This document shows positions 51,845-63,378 of a DNA stretch of 64,000 nt, in pieces. The notes under the pieces are model-generated. The model saw nothing but the letters and a program-made list of their open reading frames with translations. It was not told the origin of the DNA and did not search any database. Numbering within the stretch: the first letter of the stretch is position 1; the number at the start of each line of letters is the position of its first letter. The position numbers were made by a program, and so were the translations under genes. Source of the stretch: Haliotis rubra (Eukaryota); contig NW_025764892.1 in assembly GCF_003918875.1 (NCBI RefSeq), positions 2,108,001 to 2,172,000 of the forward strand, read 5' to 3'.

Positions 51845-53763
51845 TCACCTGGTGATCTTCCTAATGGCTTTTCTCAGCTGTTTCAGGACAGATTTCTTCT
51901 TTGCAGTTTTAGGCTCCATACAGTCCTTAACAGAAGTCATGTCAGTACAAAATACACTTTTCCCATCCACATGGAACTTTTTGTCATGTGAAACAGCAAT
52001 TTTCTTGCAATTACTAGCAACAGTCGTTTGAGGGAATTGTCTAGTCTCAGTGAGTTCCTCCCGCTTTCTGTCACTCCGTCTTGCATCTTGCATCATCTTC
52101 AGTTCTACTTTCAGCCATTCACTCTCCTTTTTAATATCATCAGCATTCTGTTGGAGGTTAGCATTCTCTGTCTTCATCAGCTGAAGTTTTGTCTTGAGGT
52201 GTTTGTTCTTCAGCTCCAGACACTGGGCATTGAGTCTGGCGTCTTTGAGGTCGTCACGGACACTGTCCAGTTCGGCCTGAGTAGTGGTAAGTCTCTGCAG
52301 CAGATCCGACACCTCCGTCTCGACAGGGTCACTGTTAAAAAATTGAAAAAAAAAAGATAAAATTGTAGTTAGACGGATGTATCACGTCAGTGGGTATTAT
52401 TTTACCTCAGTTCAGTAAGCAATATTTCAGTTATATCACAGTAGCCTGTAGTAACTGGAGTAGTGACGAAACGAACGAGTGGTTGAAACGTTCCATACCG
52501 ATTGTAACGATGGTCCCATTTAAGCCCCATTCTAACCGGCACCAAAGGCTAGGACATCTATATACGACATTTACATAGGAGTGTTACATATTCATCTCTT
52601 TTGTTAACTTCATTTCAAGCATAACTAAATGTTTAGAAAAATGAATTTCAGGTTTTACTCCCAAAGTGAATGCATGACACTTTTTATGGAATGCGATGAG
52701 CACTATTAAGAATAAAAAGAAGTTGTTATCCATAAAAGTGTCATGTATTCATGTTCGTCCAACTTCTAAATGCCTTTCAAAAACTTTACTCCAAAAAGTA
52801 TTGGAAGGACAAATAATAAATATTCGTCTTTAAGAAGTCAGCCTCAAGCATTCCGTTTATTACTAAAGCGCTTGCCTGTTGCAGTGAAGGGGTCCTTGCA
52901 GATTTGGTCGAACGTCCTTGACATTCAGAGGTTGCTGTGTGGGTTGAGTTTCTTCCGAAGGACTGGATACTTGGGCAGCTATGAGTAAAAATAAGCCATT
53001 ATTAGTTTCGTATATTCAAGAAGTAGTAATTTCGCACAATTACTTTGATATGTGTTCTTGTTGTAAAGAGTACTGCGTGACTGGTGAATGAAGTGAGTGA
53101 GTGAGAATGGTTTTACGTCGCTTTTAGCAATATTCCAGCAACATCACGGCGGGGGACACCAGAAATGGGCTTCACACTGGTGAATGAAAATATCAACTGA
53201 ATAAATAGGTGAGAATCGTGCAAGAATCAACTAACCAATGTCAGCGGTTCTAGACACTGGGATAAATGCTGAAATCCGTTTTGGTTGTGTTTGAAGCGTA
53301 TGTGTAGCATCGAATTCGATACCACAATCCCAAGGGAATGGCGGTTCAAGGCGTACTGGAATTGGTCTGATCAAACCCATCTGAGGTGGCGAACTGGTGA
53401 ATTCTGAAAAAAGACAATGATAATTACATCATTGTGTATGAATGTGAGAAGATATTGTCTGCATATCAGTTTATAGCAACAATTGAAAAGTACTGTCAAG
53501 TTGGAAGTTCTTTATATTGACACTTGATGAGAATTACAATAGCTTGTGCAAACGAGTAAACAAGTACCTCCTCATTGTACCGTGTCAATAAGGCTGCAAT
53601 TAAGCATTGATTGATTGATCGGATTTTGAGGGATTCTACGAGCGCTTCCAGCTATGCTCACTCGAAGTCCCTTTTTTTATGGTTGTATACCTTTCACGTC
53701 ATCGTCGTCACGGAAACAGCTCCACACTTCTGCATCAAAATCGTCGAACTGAGTAGATTCCAT
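51845..53763 (-). CDS. Tentative 3-exon coiled-coil orphan protein (about 220 aa)
   Basis: Exons 53691-53763, 52876-52978 (needs a GC donor, AG|GCAAG) and 51845-52331. The last exon is a heptad-rich ORF. The upstream joins are phase-consistent but unverified. Confidence 0.45.
52666..52784 (+). mobile_element. Fold-back element copy C (centre deleted)
   Basis: About 12-bp TSD TTTACTCC(C/A)AAA, arms TGAATGCATGACACTTTTTATGGA / TCCATAAAAGTGTCATGTATTCA, same tail. Confidence 0.7.
53094..53177 (-). mobile_element. SINE family 1, 5'-truncated
   Basis: 3' half only. TSD ACTGGTGAATGAA. Confidence 0.85.
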
Positions 53764-55940
53764 CACAGGATATCCTCAGACCCTGCGTGATGGAGTAAAT
53801 ACATGAACGACACAACATTCACCAAACCTTCATATGGACTCATTTACATGTTACAATCAAGCTGTCTGAATAGATTTATCCTAAAAGCACTATTACACCA
53901 AAAGTACAAACAAAAAACCATAAGTGTGAGAGAATGTAAAACCCTCGTATTATAAGTCGTATAGGAGGTTCCCATAGTTTGTATTTTGTCGCGACTAAGT
54001 CACATTCCGTCGTTAAAATATCAAGTCTTTACTTACCTTAACTCTTTACCAAATGTGACTTCCACTTTACGCCGAACAGATCCGCATGAGAACCGTATCG
54101 TGGGACAGTCGAGACAAGACAGCTGATATGGAAGTGTCTGCTAATGATGACACAGTCGCGTTCGGACATCGATCCTTTCCATGTGGTTATCGCCCTTCCT
54201 TCTTGAGAAGGTTCAAAATGTCGAGCCACAAATTTGATATGAGCGTTTGAGAGAACAAGTCTGAAGATCATAAAGTGAACAGTGGTTGAGGCTGACTACC
54301 TTCCGTTTTATCAGATCCGAAATTCTCACTGCTTGATATTGACGCTGGAGCAGTCCTTCAAAATGACGGGGTGACACTGTGAGCGAGCAGACGTCGTGCA
54401 AATGAAGAGGCAATGACAGGGGTGACTCTGTCACTGACCATACATGTCACACAAATGAAGAGATACTGAGTTCATTTTACCTGAATATTTTGATTGGGAC
54501 TTCTCAATTACTTACTGCCACAACATATTTATCTCTGCAGCAGTGACATCACTCACAGGCCATTCGGATGACATAACACCGAGCCCTCACACCTCACTGA
54601 GCTTTGTTTACATAACACGTAAACGCCAAGGTGTTAAGATGGGCAGACCATTGACGTTTTGTGTCATTAAGGAAAACACGAAAATCTTATGCACGAAAAG
54701 TCAAATGGCAATAAAAACAACCGATTGACGTAAGATGAAATCCTTATGTACCACAAACAGCGTATGATTGGGAAGTGTTTCCGACAGCGAGAGATATGTT
54801 TAAGAGAAATTGTTTGCGATGGAATGCTGATTGACTGCAACTTATAATGTCCCGGAAAAGTTGATCATTGTGTAATTGACTAGGATTGTGGCTATACGGC
54901 ATATCTCGATAGTTAGGTCAGGATAGGATAACGCACTCTCTTCACTTACACACACACACATATATATATATTAATGAATATAACATAACTATCATTTATC
55001 AGATCTGAGTAGAAAAGACGTCCACTGACCTCTTGATCTCAGAATAGTATGTTACGATTACCTTTTAATGCCACACTTGTATATGTTTTTACCCATAAAA
55101 TATATCATTTTAGTTCATTTGTTGTTTTACGCCGCAGACATTAAGAGACCTGTAAATAGAGAAACCATTGGTCGATAGAATGTACGGGATCCAGTCATTC
55201 CCCCACCAATTTTTTTGTTATTTCAAGGTGGGGAAATGGCAGCTGGGGTAATTACCTGGTGGGGAATTGCCCTTCACCCAGAAGATACAGGGCCTTGACG
55301 AGTGACGACAGGCAATCAGCCCTTTTAAACAAATACCCACATTCATCGGCATTCAACTGCGTGCAGGTCAGGACACAGATTTTCAGATGTGCTGTCAACC
55401 TGACACTTCTGTTAAGTAGACTTCTTCCTTGGGCGTTATATATCAGTTTCTGTTTTTAATATTTGAAATATCGCTTTATCTTAGAAAGAAAATAAATACC
55501 TACATAGATTACGTATGGCGTCACAGGACACGCACTGCACTGGATTCAAACAACGGAGTAAGCTTGCAATAATGTTTCTGTTTTGTTTCAGTCTACCTAT
55601 TATAATTAACACAAGTGACACAGATTTGGGACGTGGTACTCAAACCACGCGACCTCTGCACGCAACTCTCGCGGTGTCTTAGTGGCGCTTTTGTGATGTC
55701 AAACAAAGGTCATACCACGAGGTTCAAGTTTCGCCGTGATGAAAAAAACCCCAAACACACTGTTCAACTTTCATAACAACTGACACCGACACATAATAAC
55801 CACTTTATTTGAATATTTTCCAAATTATTTCCCCTGTGTAAATATATCATCATATTAACTGGTGAATGTGTAATGCTAAGGAAATGTTCATTAAAGGAAA
55901 ACAGCAGTTTGTTTAGCGATACCTATAAAACCCGCTCCTT

Positions 55941-56100
55941 GTGGAACCTGCGATGGCTGAGCGGGTTAGACGGCTGACTTTAGTGCTGGCGATTAGGTAC
56001 CTGACTCTGAGAGTGTGGGTTCGAATCCTGGATGGGACTAAACGCAACAAACTTACTAGAATCTGTACTGTACTGATAAAGTGTAATCCCACATATATCA
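55941..56100 (+). mobile_element. tRNA-derived SINE family 3
   Basis: A-box-like TGGCTGAGCGGG and B-box GGTTCGAATCC, separated by an over-long spacer. A homologous copy is at 21340-21461. Confidence 0.6.
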
Positions 56101-56378
56101 TATGTTACGTTTCACGGCATATCATTAAGATGAAAAGAACTCAAACCGTACAGTGCAGTTTCCATTCTATGAATATATCCAAGTCATATTATGGTCTGTC
56201 ATTATTTTCTTACAAAACAAACCGACGTATAGTACAGTTTCCATTTATGAATAAATCTAAATAATATTCCGGTCTATCATAATTTTGACATGTCAATAAA
56301 TGGAAATAAAACAACCCCAAATCAACGTACAGTACAGTTTCCATTTTATGAATACACCAATATATACAAAGAACTTAA

Positions 56379-56559
56379 GAAAAGCAAGATTTATGGATAT
56401 CAGCTTCTTTATTGTAGATAACACGACGTTTCGTAGTGTATGCTTGCTCGTTCATCAGCATACATTCCGAAACGTCGTGTTATTCACATTAAAGAATTAG
56501 ACATCCATAAATCTTGCTTTCCTTATGCATTCTACTTCTAAATGCCCTTCAAAGATTTG
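56379..56559 (+). mobile_element. Fold-back element copy D
   Basis: Exact 13-bp TSD ACAAAGAACTTAA (56366-56378 / 56560-56572), about 145-nt hairpin, tail ACTTCTAAATGCC. Confidence 0.75.
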
Positions 56560-56568
56560 ACAAAGAAC

Positions 56569-56778
56569 TTAATTAAGCACCGAGTGTAACCTCCATGTGA
56601 CTGTATGAGTCAGCCCCTCCTCCTCATACCTCCTGATCCTCTCAAGGGGCAGTCTACGCAATTCCTCGTGTAAAGCAGCTTCCAGTTGGGCCAGGTTCTG
56701 TACAGGAGGATCCCTTTGTTGCACACGACAACCAATCATGTCCCAGATATGCTCCAAAGGGTTAAGATAACGGCACAT
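56569..56778 (-). pseudogene. Tc1 transposase C-terminal fragment
   Basis: LNPLEHIWDMIG...LAQLEAALHEE, plus a GGYTR-like end in another frame. Confidence 0.75.
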
Positions 56779-57044
56779 TCAATCGTGAGATATGTGAGAG
56801 GGTGCGTAACCAAGTTCTTTAAGTATATTATGGTCTATCTATCCTTCCAAGTATGTTAATACTGTATATGGTTATTTCTGATGAGATTTACTATTCTGTA
56901 GAAAAAAAGTATTTTAGAATTTCAGTCCCTTTGTTGTGCTACATTACATCAACATTTTACACATCCAGATCTTGTATTTTTCTGAGAAGTTATTAAAGAT
57001 TAGATTCAACACAATTTTTCTTTTCTCATTTTCCACCTTGGGGG

Positions 57045-57316
57045 GTTGGGGTGTGGGGTGTGATGATGATTTTAAGGGGGGTCACCCATTTTGTTCTGGA
57101 GAGGTAGGGGGTGTCACCAATTTTGTACACAAAAAAATAAAATAAAAATGATTCTAACTTTCGGGAAGGGGGGGGTCGCATTGATTTTGTACATGACATG
57201 CATTGGGGGTCACATATTTTGTACATAACTTTTAGGGGTGTCATTCACATTGTACATGCCTTTCCATGAAAATCATCATCACCACCCCCTAGCCAAAAAT
57301 TATGAACGGTCCCTTA
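57045..57316 (-). repeat. Second copy of the TAAGGGACCGTTCATAATT-terminated repeat, with internal G-rich subrepeats
   Basis: Reverse complement matches 13763 onward. Confidence 0.5.
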
Positions 57317-57816
57317 GCATTATTAGTTTAACAGTGGTCATTGGTCATATCCAAATTGAACATATCTGTTTTTGTACTAGAGGTTCAACAAAATGGCAAT
57401 ATCATGTGAGAAAATGATTAGTTACTGTAGATTAATAATATTTGGGATTAACAGTCTTTGTCAGTGCCTAAGTTCATCAACCTAAACTGACTCCCTGTCA
57501 ACAGTATCAATATATGACAAGTTAAAAGTGAAAGGTGGGATAAAATGGGGTTTGACATGTTGGAGGTGACTGCACATGCACATACCTGTGTGTGTTTGAA
57601 CTACTCTGGACTAATGCTGGCTGTTTAGTGCTAGTACACTGAGATACCAGGCTACAGTTTAACATGGATACCTCCACCAGCTATCCAGTCCTTGTTTTAT
57701 TCTGTTAATGCAGACCTGGCACTTTGTGTCATCTTTTCATATCTATTGGTGTGCTGCTGCTATGAATTTGAATCACCAACCTGCACCCTTGGGGAACACT
57801 CTCTCCACTAAAGAAA

Positions 57817-58055
57817 GAGTGAGTGAGTTTAGTTTTACACCATACTCAGCAATATTCCAGTTATACGGTGATGGTCTGTAAATAAATGAGTCTGGACCAG
57901 ACAATCCAGTGATCAACAGCATTAGCATTGATCTACACAACTGGGATACAATAACATATGTCAACCAAGTCAGCGAGCTTGACCACCCAATCCTGTTAGT
58001 CGCCTCCTATGACAAGCATGGGTTGCTGAAAATCAGTTGTACCCCAGATCTTCAC
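57817..58055 (-). mobile_element. SINE-like family 2
   Basis: Consensus match. Confidence 0.85.
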
Positions 58056-58216
58056 TACAGTTTTGCCAAAATGAAATTTCTCAAAATGATTAAGTAAATT
58101 GAACCTGGCAGGTTTCAGAGTAAATCTACATATGCATTAACTGCAACAGATAATAATGCACTTATAAGTATTCTAAGAAAGATGGCACAAGAAAATCCTT
58201 ATGCTATGTCCTTCCT

Positions 58217-58437
58217 CTAACTTTCCAACTCAGCTTGAGGCCTCCAGCAAATTTGTAAGTATAGCATATTCGTAACATGGTCCTGTGGATGAAGTGAAAT
58301 GGGATTTAACATGCCAATATGAGGAGACCTAATACAGAGATCATGTATGTTTTATAAATCTATTCTGTCAAAAATAGTGAACATGACTTTCAATGTAAAC
58401 CTTTGGAGGTGAGGACTTTATATGCTCTACTTCTGAT
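58217..58437 (+). repeat. Direct repeat unit 1 flanking the ASB-like CDS
   Basis: Highly similar to 60906-61093 (which lacks about 36 bp). Confidence 0.85.
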
Positions 58438-59242
58438 GTCATTCCTCCCTCAACGAACCATGGCTCCTATATAAATATACAACTCTGCTCGATATGCTTC
58501 TTTTCTATGTTTGATAGACCACGATTGAGTGAGTTAAACCATGACTCCATGAGTTAAAATTTAACGTTGCATCAGCTATATTTCAGCCATTTTGCAACTA
58601 GACCATCATTGGGAATCTAGGGTACAAAAGGATAAAATTTAATATTATTATGCTTATGTCTTGTATAAGAACATGAATCATGCCATTTACAAATTATATT
58701 GGTCTGGAATTTTGATGGTATCTTCCAATCTGACAGTGCCATTATCATGATTAATGCATTTACGACACCATTACATTCTCTATTTATAATGTGTCTCACT
58801 GAAACATATGATTTTCACATCCACCCACCCCATATTGTAACACCGTATCTCCCAAAAAAGAAAATCTAGGTTTTCCACAGGTTCAGCATGTTCAGGATCT
58901 CCCAGCTCACTGGGGATACTTTCCAACCGAAAAGAAATTGTTCCTATCAAAATTATATCTCATATACTTCAATGATTCATTTAATAGATTTTACATTTAG
59001 AGTGGTTTTGACTGGAAACATATACATTCTAAAAACATTTTATCTTTTTTAAAATGTTTTTTTTTACAGGACATTCTCCTGTTCTGGCATATTTTATTTT
59101 AAAAGAATTCACAGCAGAACCTTGCTGATAACCTTTCTGTAATAGTTACAGCTGCCTGACCACACCCATAAAAGCACTGAGTTAACACAAGTGAACAGTA
59201 GGTGAGGTAAAAGAAACAACTCCATGAAGTACATTTAATGAA

Positions 59243-60454
59243 TCAATGATCTATGTAATAATGCAATGCAAGGTCATCTTTCACAGTCTCTGGTAAAGGA
59301 AGAGTCTTAATAGCTGTTTTGATGTCCCTACCAAACATACTCCTAACTTTGAATCTACACAAGTGCTGAAGCGTCCTAGCATTTCGTCCAATATGCCTGC
59401 AGTCCTTCACCACTGCGTACCAGATTGGATGTTCCTTATCCCCTGGATCATCCTCATACACTATATCTTCTTTGCCTGGGTCAGCCCCTGCCTGTATTAG
59501 GAGTTCCACCAGTTCAGCATTTCTTTGAAAAAATGCCATATAGAAAGCAGTCCTGCCTAAATTGTCCAGCACGTCCAACTTAACATTAAGGTGTCCAATG
59601 AGATACTCGGCTATCTTATTATGATCTCTGTCCACAGCATGATGCAAAGCTGTGCGCCCTTCCTTGTCCTGAATATCAGCACAGGCTCCACTAGAGCCTA
59701 ACAGTTCAACAGTGTTCCTGTAGCTCCTCTTGCTGGCTAGTATAAGAGGGGTGTCACCTTGACTGTTGATGTGGTTTATGTCTGCCCCAGCATCGATCAG
59801 AACACGAGCGGTGTTCACACATCTTACAGACAGACAAAGAGGAGTGTTTCCACAGTCTCCAGTGTCATTAACATTTGCACCATTTTCCATGAGGTATTCA
59901 CACATTAATGAATTTATCATAAATGCTGCAAAGAGTAGGGGTGTCATGGTGTCGTGAAATGTGCTGTTTACATCAGCACCTGCATCTACCAGCAGTCTCA
60001 ACATGTCCATATTTTCTGTCAATATTGCCCAGAACATGGGTGTTGAGTCACCAGAGTCTCTTGAATCAACAGAAACACCATAATCTTCAATCAAAGATTT
60101 CACCACTGCTATCTGGTTTGCAGCACATGCAAGATGAACTGGGTACTCATTCTTCCCAGTAAGGTTTCTGCTTGTTTCCTCTGGGCTGAACCCATGAGCG
60201 ATAAGGGCCTTCATGATGTCAAGTTGTCCAGTACGGGCGGCTGTGGCCACAGGAGAATATCTCAGTTGTGAATAATAGCGATCTTGGACAAGTGATGTGT
60301 ATGTTTCCGGTGTGATATGGTTGTGATCTAAGTACTCAATGACCGTTTTGGCATCACCACTGGAGATCAGGCTGTACAGCTGCTCAAAAGACTTCACTGT
60401 TGCAATCGTCTTTGGTTCTGGCGGTGTCTCTGGTTGCTCTTGGTGTTCAGCCAT
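59243..60454 (-). CDS. Ankyrin repeat and SOCS box protein (ASB-like), single coding exon, 403 aa
   Basis: About 8 ankyrin repeats (TPLILA, TALHHA, GADVN) and a C-terminal SOCS box ARTLQHLCRFKVR..IKTLPLPETVKDDL. A splice acceptor about 26 nt upstream of the ATG implies a 5' UTR intron. Confidence 0.9.
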   Translation of the reverse strand: MAEHQEQPETPPEPKTIATVKSFEQLYSLISSGDAKTVIEYLDHNHITPETYTSLVQDRYYSQLRYSPVATAARTGQLDIMKALIAHGFSPEETSRNLTGKNEYPVHLACAANQIAVVKSLIEDYGVSVDSRDSGDSTPMFWAILTENMDMLRLLVDAGADVNSTFHDTMTPLLFAAFMINSLMCEYLMENGANVNDTGDCGNTPLCLSVRCVNTARVLIDAGADINHINSQGDTPLILASKRSYRNTVELLGSSGACADIQDKEGRTALHHAVDRDHNKIAEYLIGHLNVKLDVLDNLGRTAFYMAFFQRNAELVELLIQAGADPGKEDIVYEDDPGDKEHPIWYAVVKDCRHIGRNARTLQHLCRFKVRSMFGRDIKTAIKTLPLPETVKDDLALHYYIDH

Positions 60455-60905
60455 TGTCTACCAATAACTCAAAGGGAAATCTGAAATTACAGGCATCATG
60501 CTTTAGCTGTGTTAATGAGTCATTATAAGCATGAAAAGATAAAAATCTGTGGTTAGTTGCAAGCAATGTTTTAGCATCCAAACAAAACATACCTGGGGGT
60601 AAATGTTTTATGTTTCACAATACTGTAAGCATGATGTTTATGTAAACAAGTTTGGGTAAACAAAAGGCTCTGAAGCAACTATGAGCTCAACATGAGTTGT
60701 CTCCCTTTAAAAAGTCACCATGAAAATGACATTGCATTTGCTACAGGCTGGTTACAAATTAGCCAAACTAAGAAACCACTATATTGAACTGCCTTGATAA
60801 TAATAATGCCTTGTTTTAATAATTATGTTTGATGCTCTCTTGAAAGCATGCAGAATGTTGTATGTGACATAAGTGTGTGTAGTCTCAATTCTCATATGAT
60901 TCTTT

Positions 60906-61093
60906 CTAACTTTCCAACTCAGCTTTAGACCTCCTGCGAGTTTGTTAGTATAGCATATTCGTAGCATGGTCCTGTAGATGAAGTGAAATGGGCTTTAACA
61001 TGCCAATATGAGGAGACCTAATACAGAGATCATGTATGTTTTATAAATCTATTCTGTCAAAAATAGTGAACTTTACATGCTCTACTTCTGATG
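60906..61093 (+). repeat. Direct repeat unit 2 flanking the ASB-like CDS
   Basis: Highly similar to 58217-58437. Confidence 0.85.
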
Positions 61094-61101
61094 ACTGCTG
61101 C

Positions 61102-61272
61102 ACTGACTGACTGACTGAGTTTGGTTTTACGCCGCTTTTAGCAATATTCCAGCAACATCACGGCGGGGGACACCTGAAATGGGCTTCACACAATGTACCC
61201 ATGTGGGGATTCGAACCCGGGTCTTCGGCATGACAAGCCAACGCTTTAACCACTAGGCTACTCCACCACCCC
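61102..61272 (-). mobile_element. SINE family 1
   Basis: Consensus match. TSD GATGACTGCTGCA. Confidence 0.9.
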
Positions 61273-62999
61273 GATGACTGCTGCAACAAGCTAACACAAA
61301 CATTTAGCTTAACAAGTCTGCATGAGGATAGAATACCTTTCAAAACTTGGGTAGGGTATAGGAGAGGTTGGGGATCTGTGTACACTTATTATTCAAATAA
61401 TTTATCAGCTGTAATATAAAATCTATTAACTCAGTTGCTATTACTTCTGCCAATTTTAATGTAAAGTAAGTCAAATAAATACTTGTTAGTTTTTTTGTTT
61501 GTATTATCATGTTTATGAATTGGATTGCTTTCACAATGGAATTATTACACAGGACCATGATACTTATATTTCACATTAAAAAGGCCATTAATGAGACAAC
61601 ATGCAGGCTTTATCTGCAAGTGGAATAGGCCTTAGTATAGAATAGTTACATGGTGATGACATTACAACTGGAAATTTAAATGCATTTTCCAGATACATTT
61701 GTCCTTTAAAGTTTAAACTGGATATGATTTGTTTATGCACCAAACATGTATTGTCTAGTTGATGTTTCTTTAGCATTTGCTGGTGATAAATTTAATAATG
61801 CCATGCTCAGCAATGAAGCACCTTTTCCCGTGGTCACAGATTAATATTATCACGAAAATTTGACAATGATAACCTAATGACGGTTTCATAAATTCAACAC
61901 ATAAGCACCATCAGACAACACCTCAGTGATATGTCTATGGTCACTCGATGTTATTTATCTGGTGTACATGCATTCAGAATTAAGAAACTTCAAAATTCAC
62001 CATATTTGTGCACACAAACCTGGATTAAAGACATGTTTACAAAAGTTATGATCCCCAGCTGAAGTGGACTATAGTGTATTTCAACAAACCTGTCTCAGTT
62101 TTCTGAATGGGAATCGAGTTATTTTCCCACTTATAACTTGCACCGTCTAAATTGCAGTCAAGCACAAGGGAATGCATTGGATGGTGTCATGATGATAAAT
62201 ATACGAATTTACAAAAACCGCCAGTCAAAAGCATAACATGTTTCTTTGACTGTTATTCACAATATGGTTTCTTCGTCACGTCTTAGGATAGCCAGGAGCG
62301 TCCATATTTCAAGGGAGGTAATCCAGTATTTACTCGACTTATCGACTTAATCTACTGCTACACTACTTTGATAAATTACAGAATAAGTGTTCGAATCCCA
62401 ATTATTACAATTGAGGTTTTTATTTTCTTTGAATTAAATTACGATATTCATCGTTGAACCATAAATTGATACAAATATGTGCTAACAAGGCAAAAAGGGC
62501 TCACTGACATCCTCGACCTCGACACGATGTGTCAAAAAGCACTGAGAACTTCTAAGTTCAAAACATGAAAAAAACATATCAAAACCAATCTGTATCTTTC
62601 TATATAAGTATGTAAACTATTCGGTAAATAAAAAAGTGTTAAAGTTATAGGTCGCACCAGGGATACTCTACAACATTATATAGTCTCCCTGGTCGAACAA
62701 ATGTTTAAGTAAAACTCTCAAAGTTAAAAAAACCCTGCAAAATATCTATGTGTTTAAGAAAATCCAAGTACTGAAATTAAACTTAGCTGGTATAGAAACT
62801 ATTCACAAAGTTTGAAAAGAATCTAAGCTCTTGTTTTCAAGTTATATGTCGCACAAAAATGTCCCCGGAAAGAAGGACGGACTATCGGAATTCGTTGGTA
62901 TAACAATATAACCCGAGTCCTTTTAGATCGAGGGGATAATATACTTCAATAAGGTTATCAATAAGGTTTTCCTTCTCACACTTTTCTAAAAAGGGTTCA

Positions 63000-63330
63000 C
63001 TAGTCAGGCCGAAGACCCTGGTTCGATTCCCCGCATGGGTACAATGTGTGAATCCCATTCTGGTGTCCCCCGCCGTGATATTGCTGGAATAAACCTAAAC
63101 TCACTCCGACAGCAACTGAAAATAAACATATCAGGTATATGACAGAGTGTACTCGGCGATATCCGGATGTAGTTGAATAGGCGGCGGGGTAGCCTAGTGG
63201 TTAGAGCGTTCGCTAATCACGACGATGGCACTGGTTCGATTCAACAAATGGGTACAATGTGTGAAGCCCATTTATGCTGTCCCCGCCGTGACATTGCTGG
63301 AATATTGCTGAAAGCGGCGAAACCCAACCC
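63000..63330 (+). mobile_element. Two SINE family 1 copies (63000-63105 partial, 63180-63330)
   Basis: Consensus matches. Confidence 0.8.
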
Positions 63331-63378
63331 ATTATGAGAACCTTATTGTTTGATCAACGTATATTCCTCTGTTAGTTT

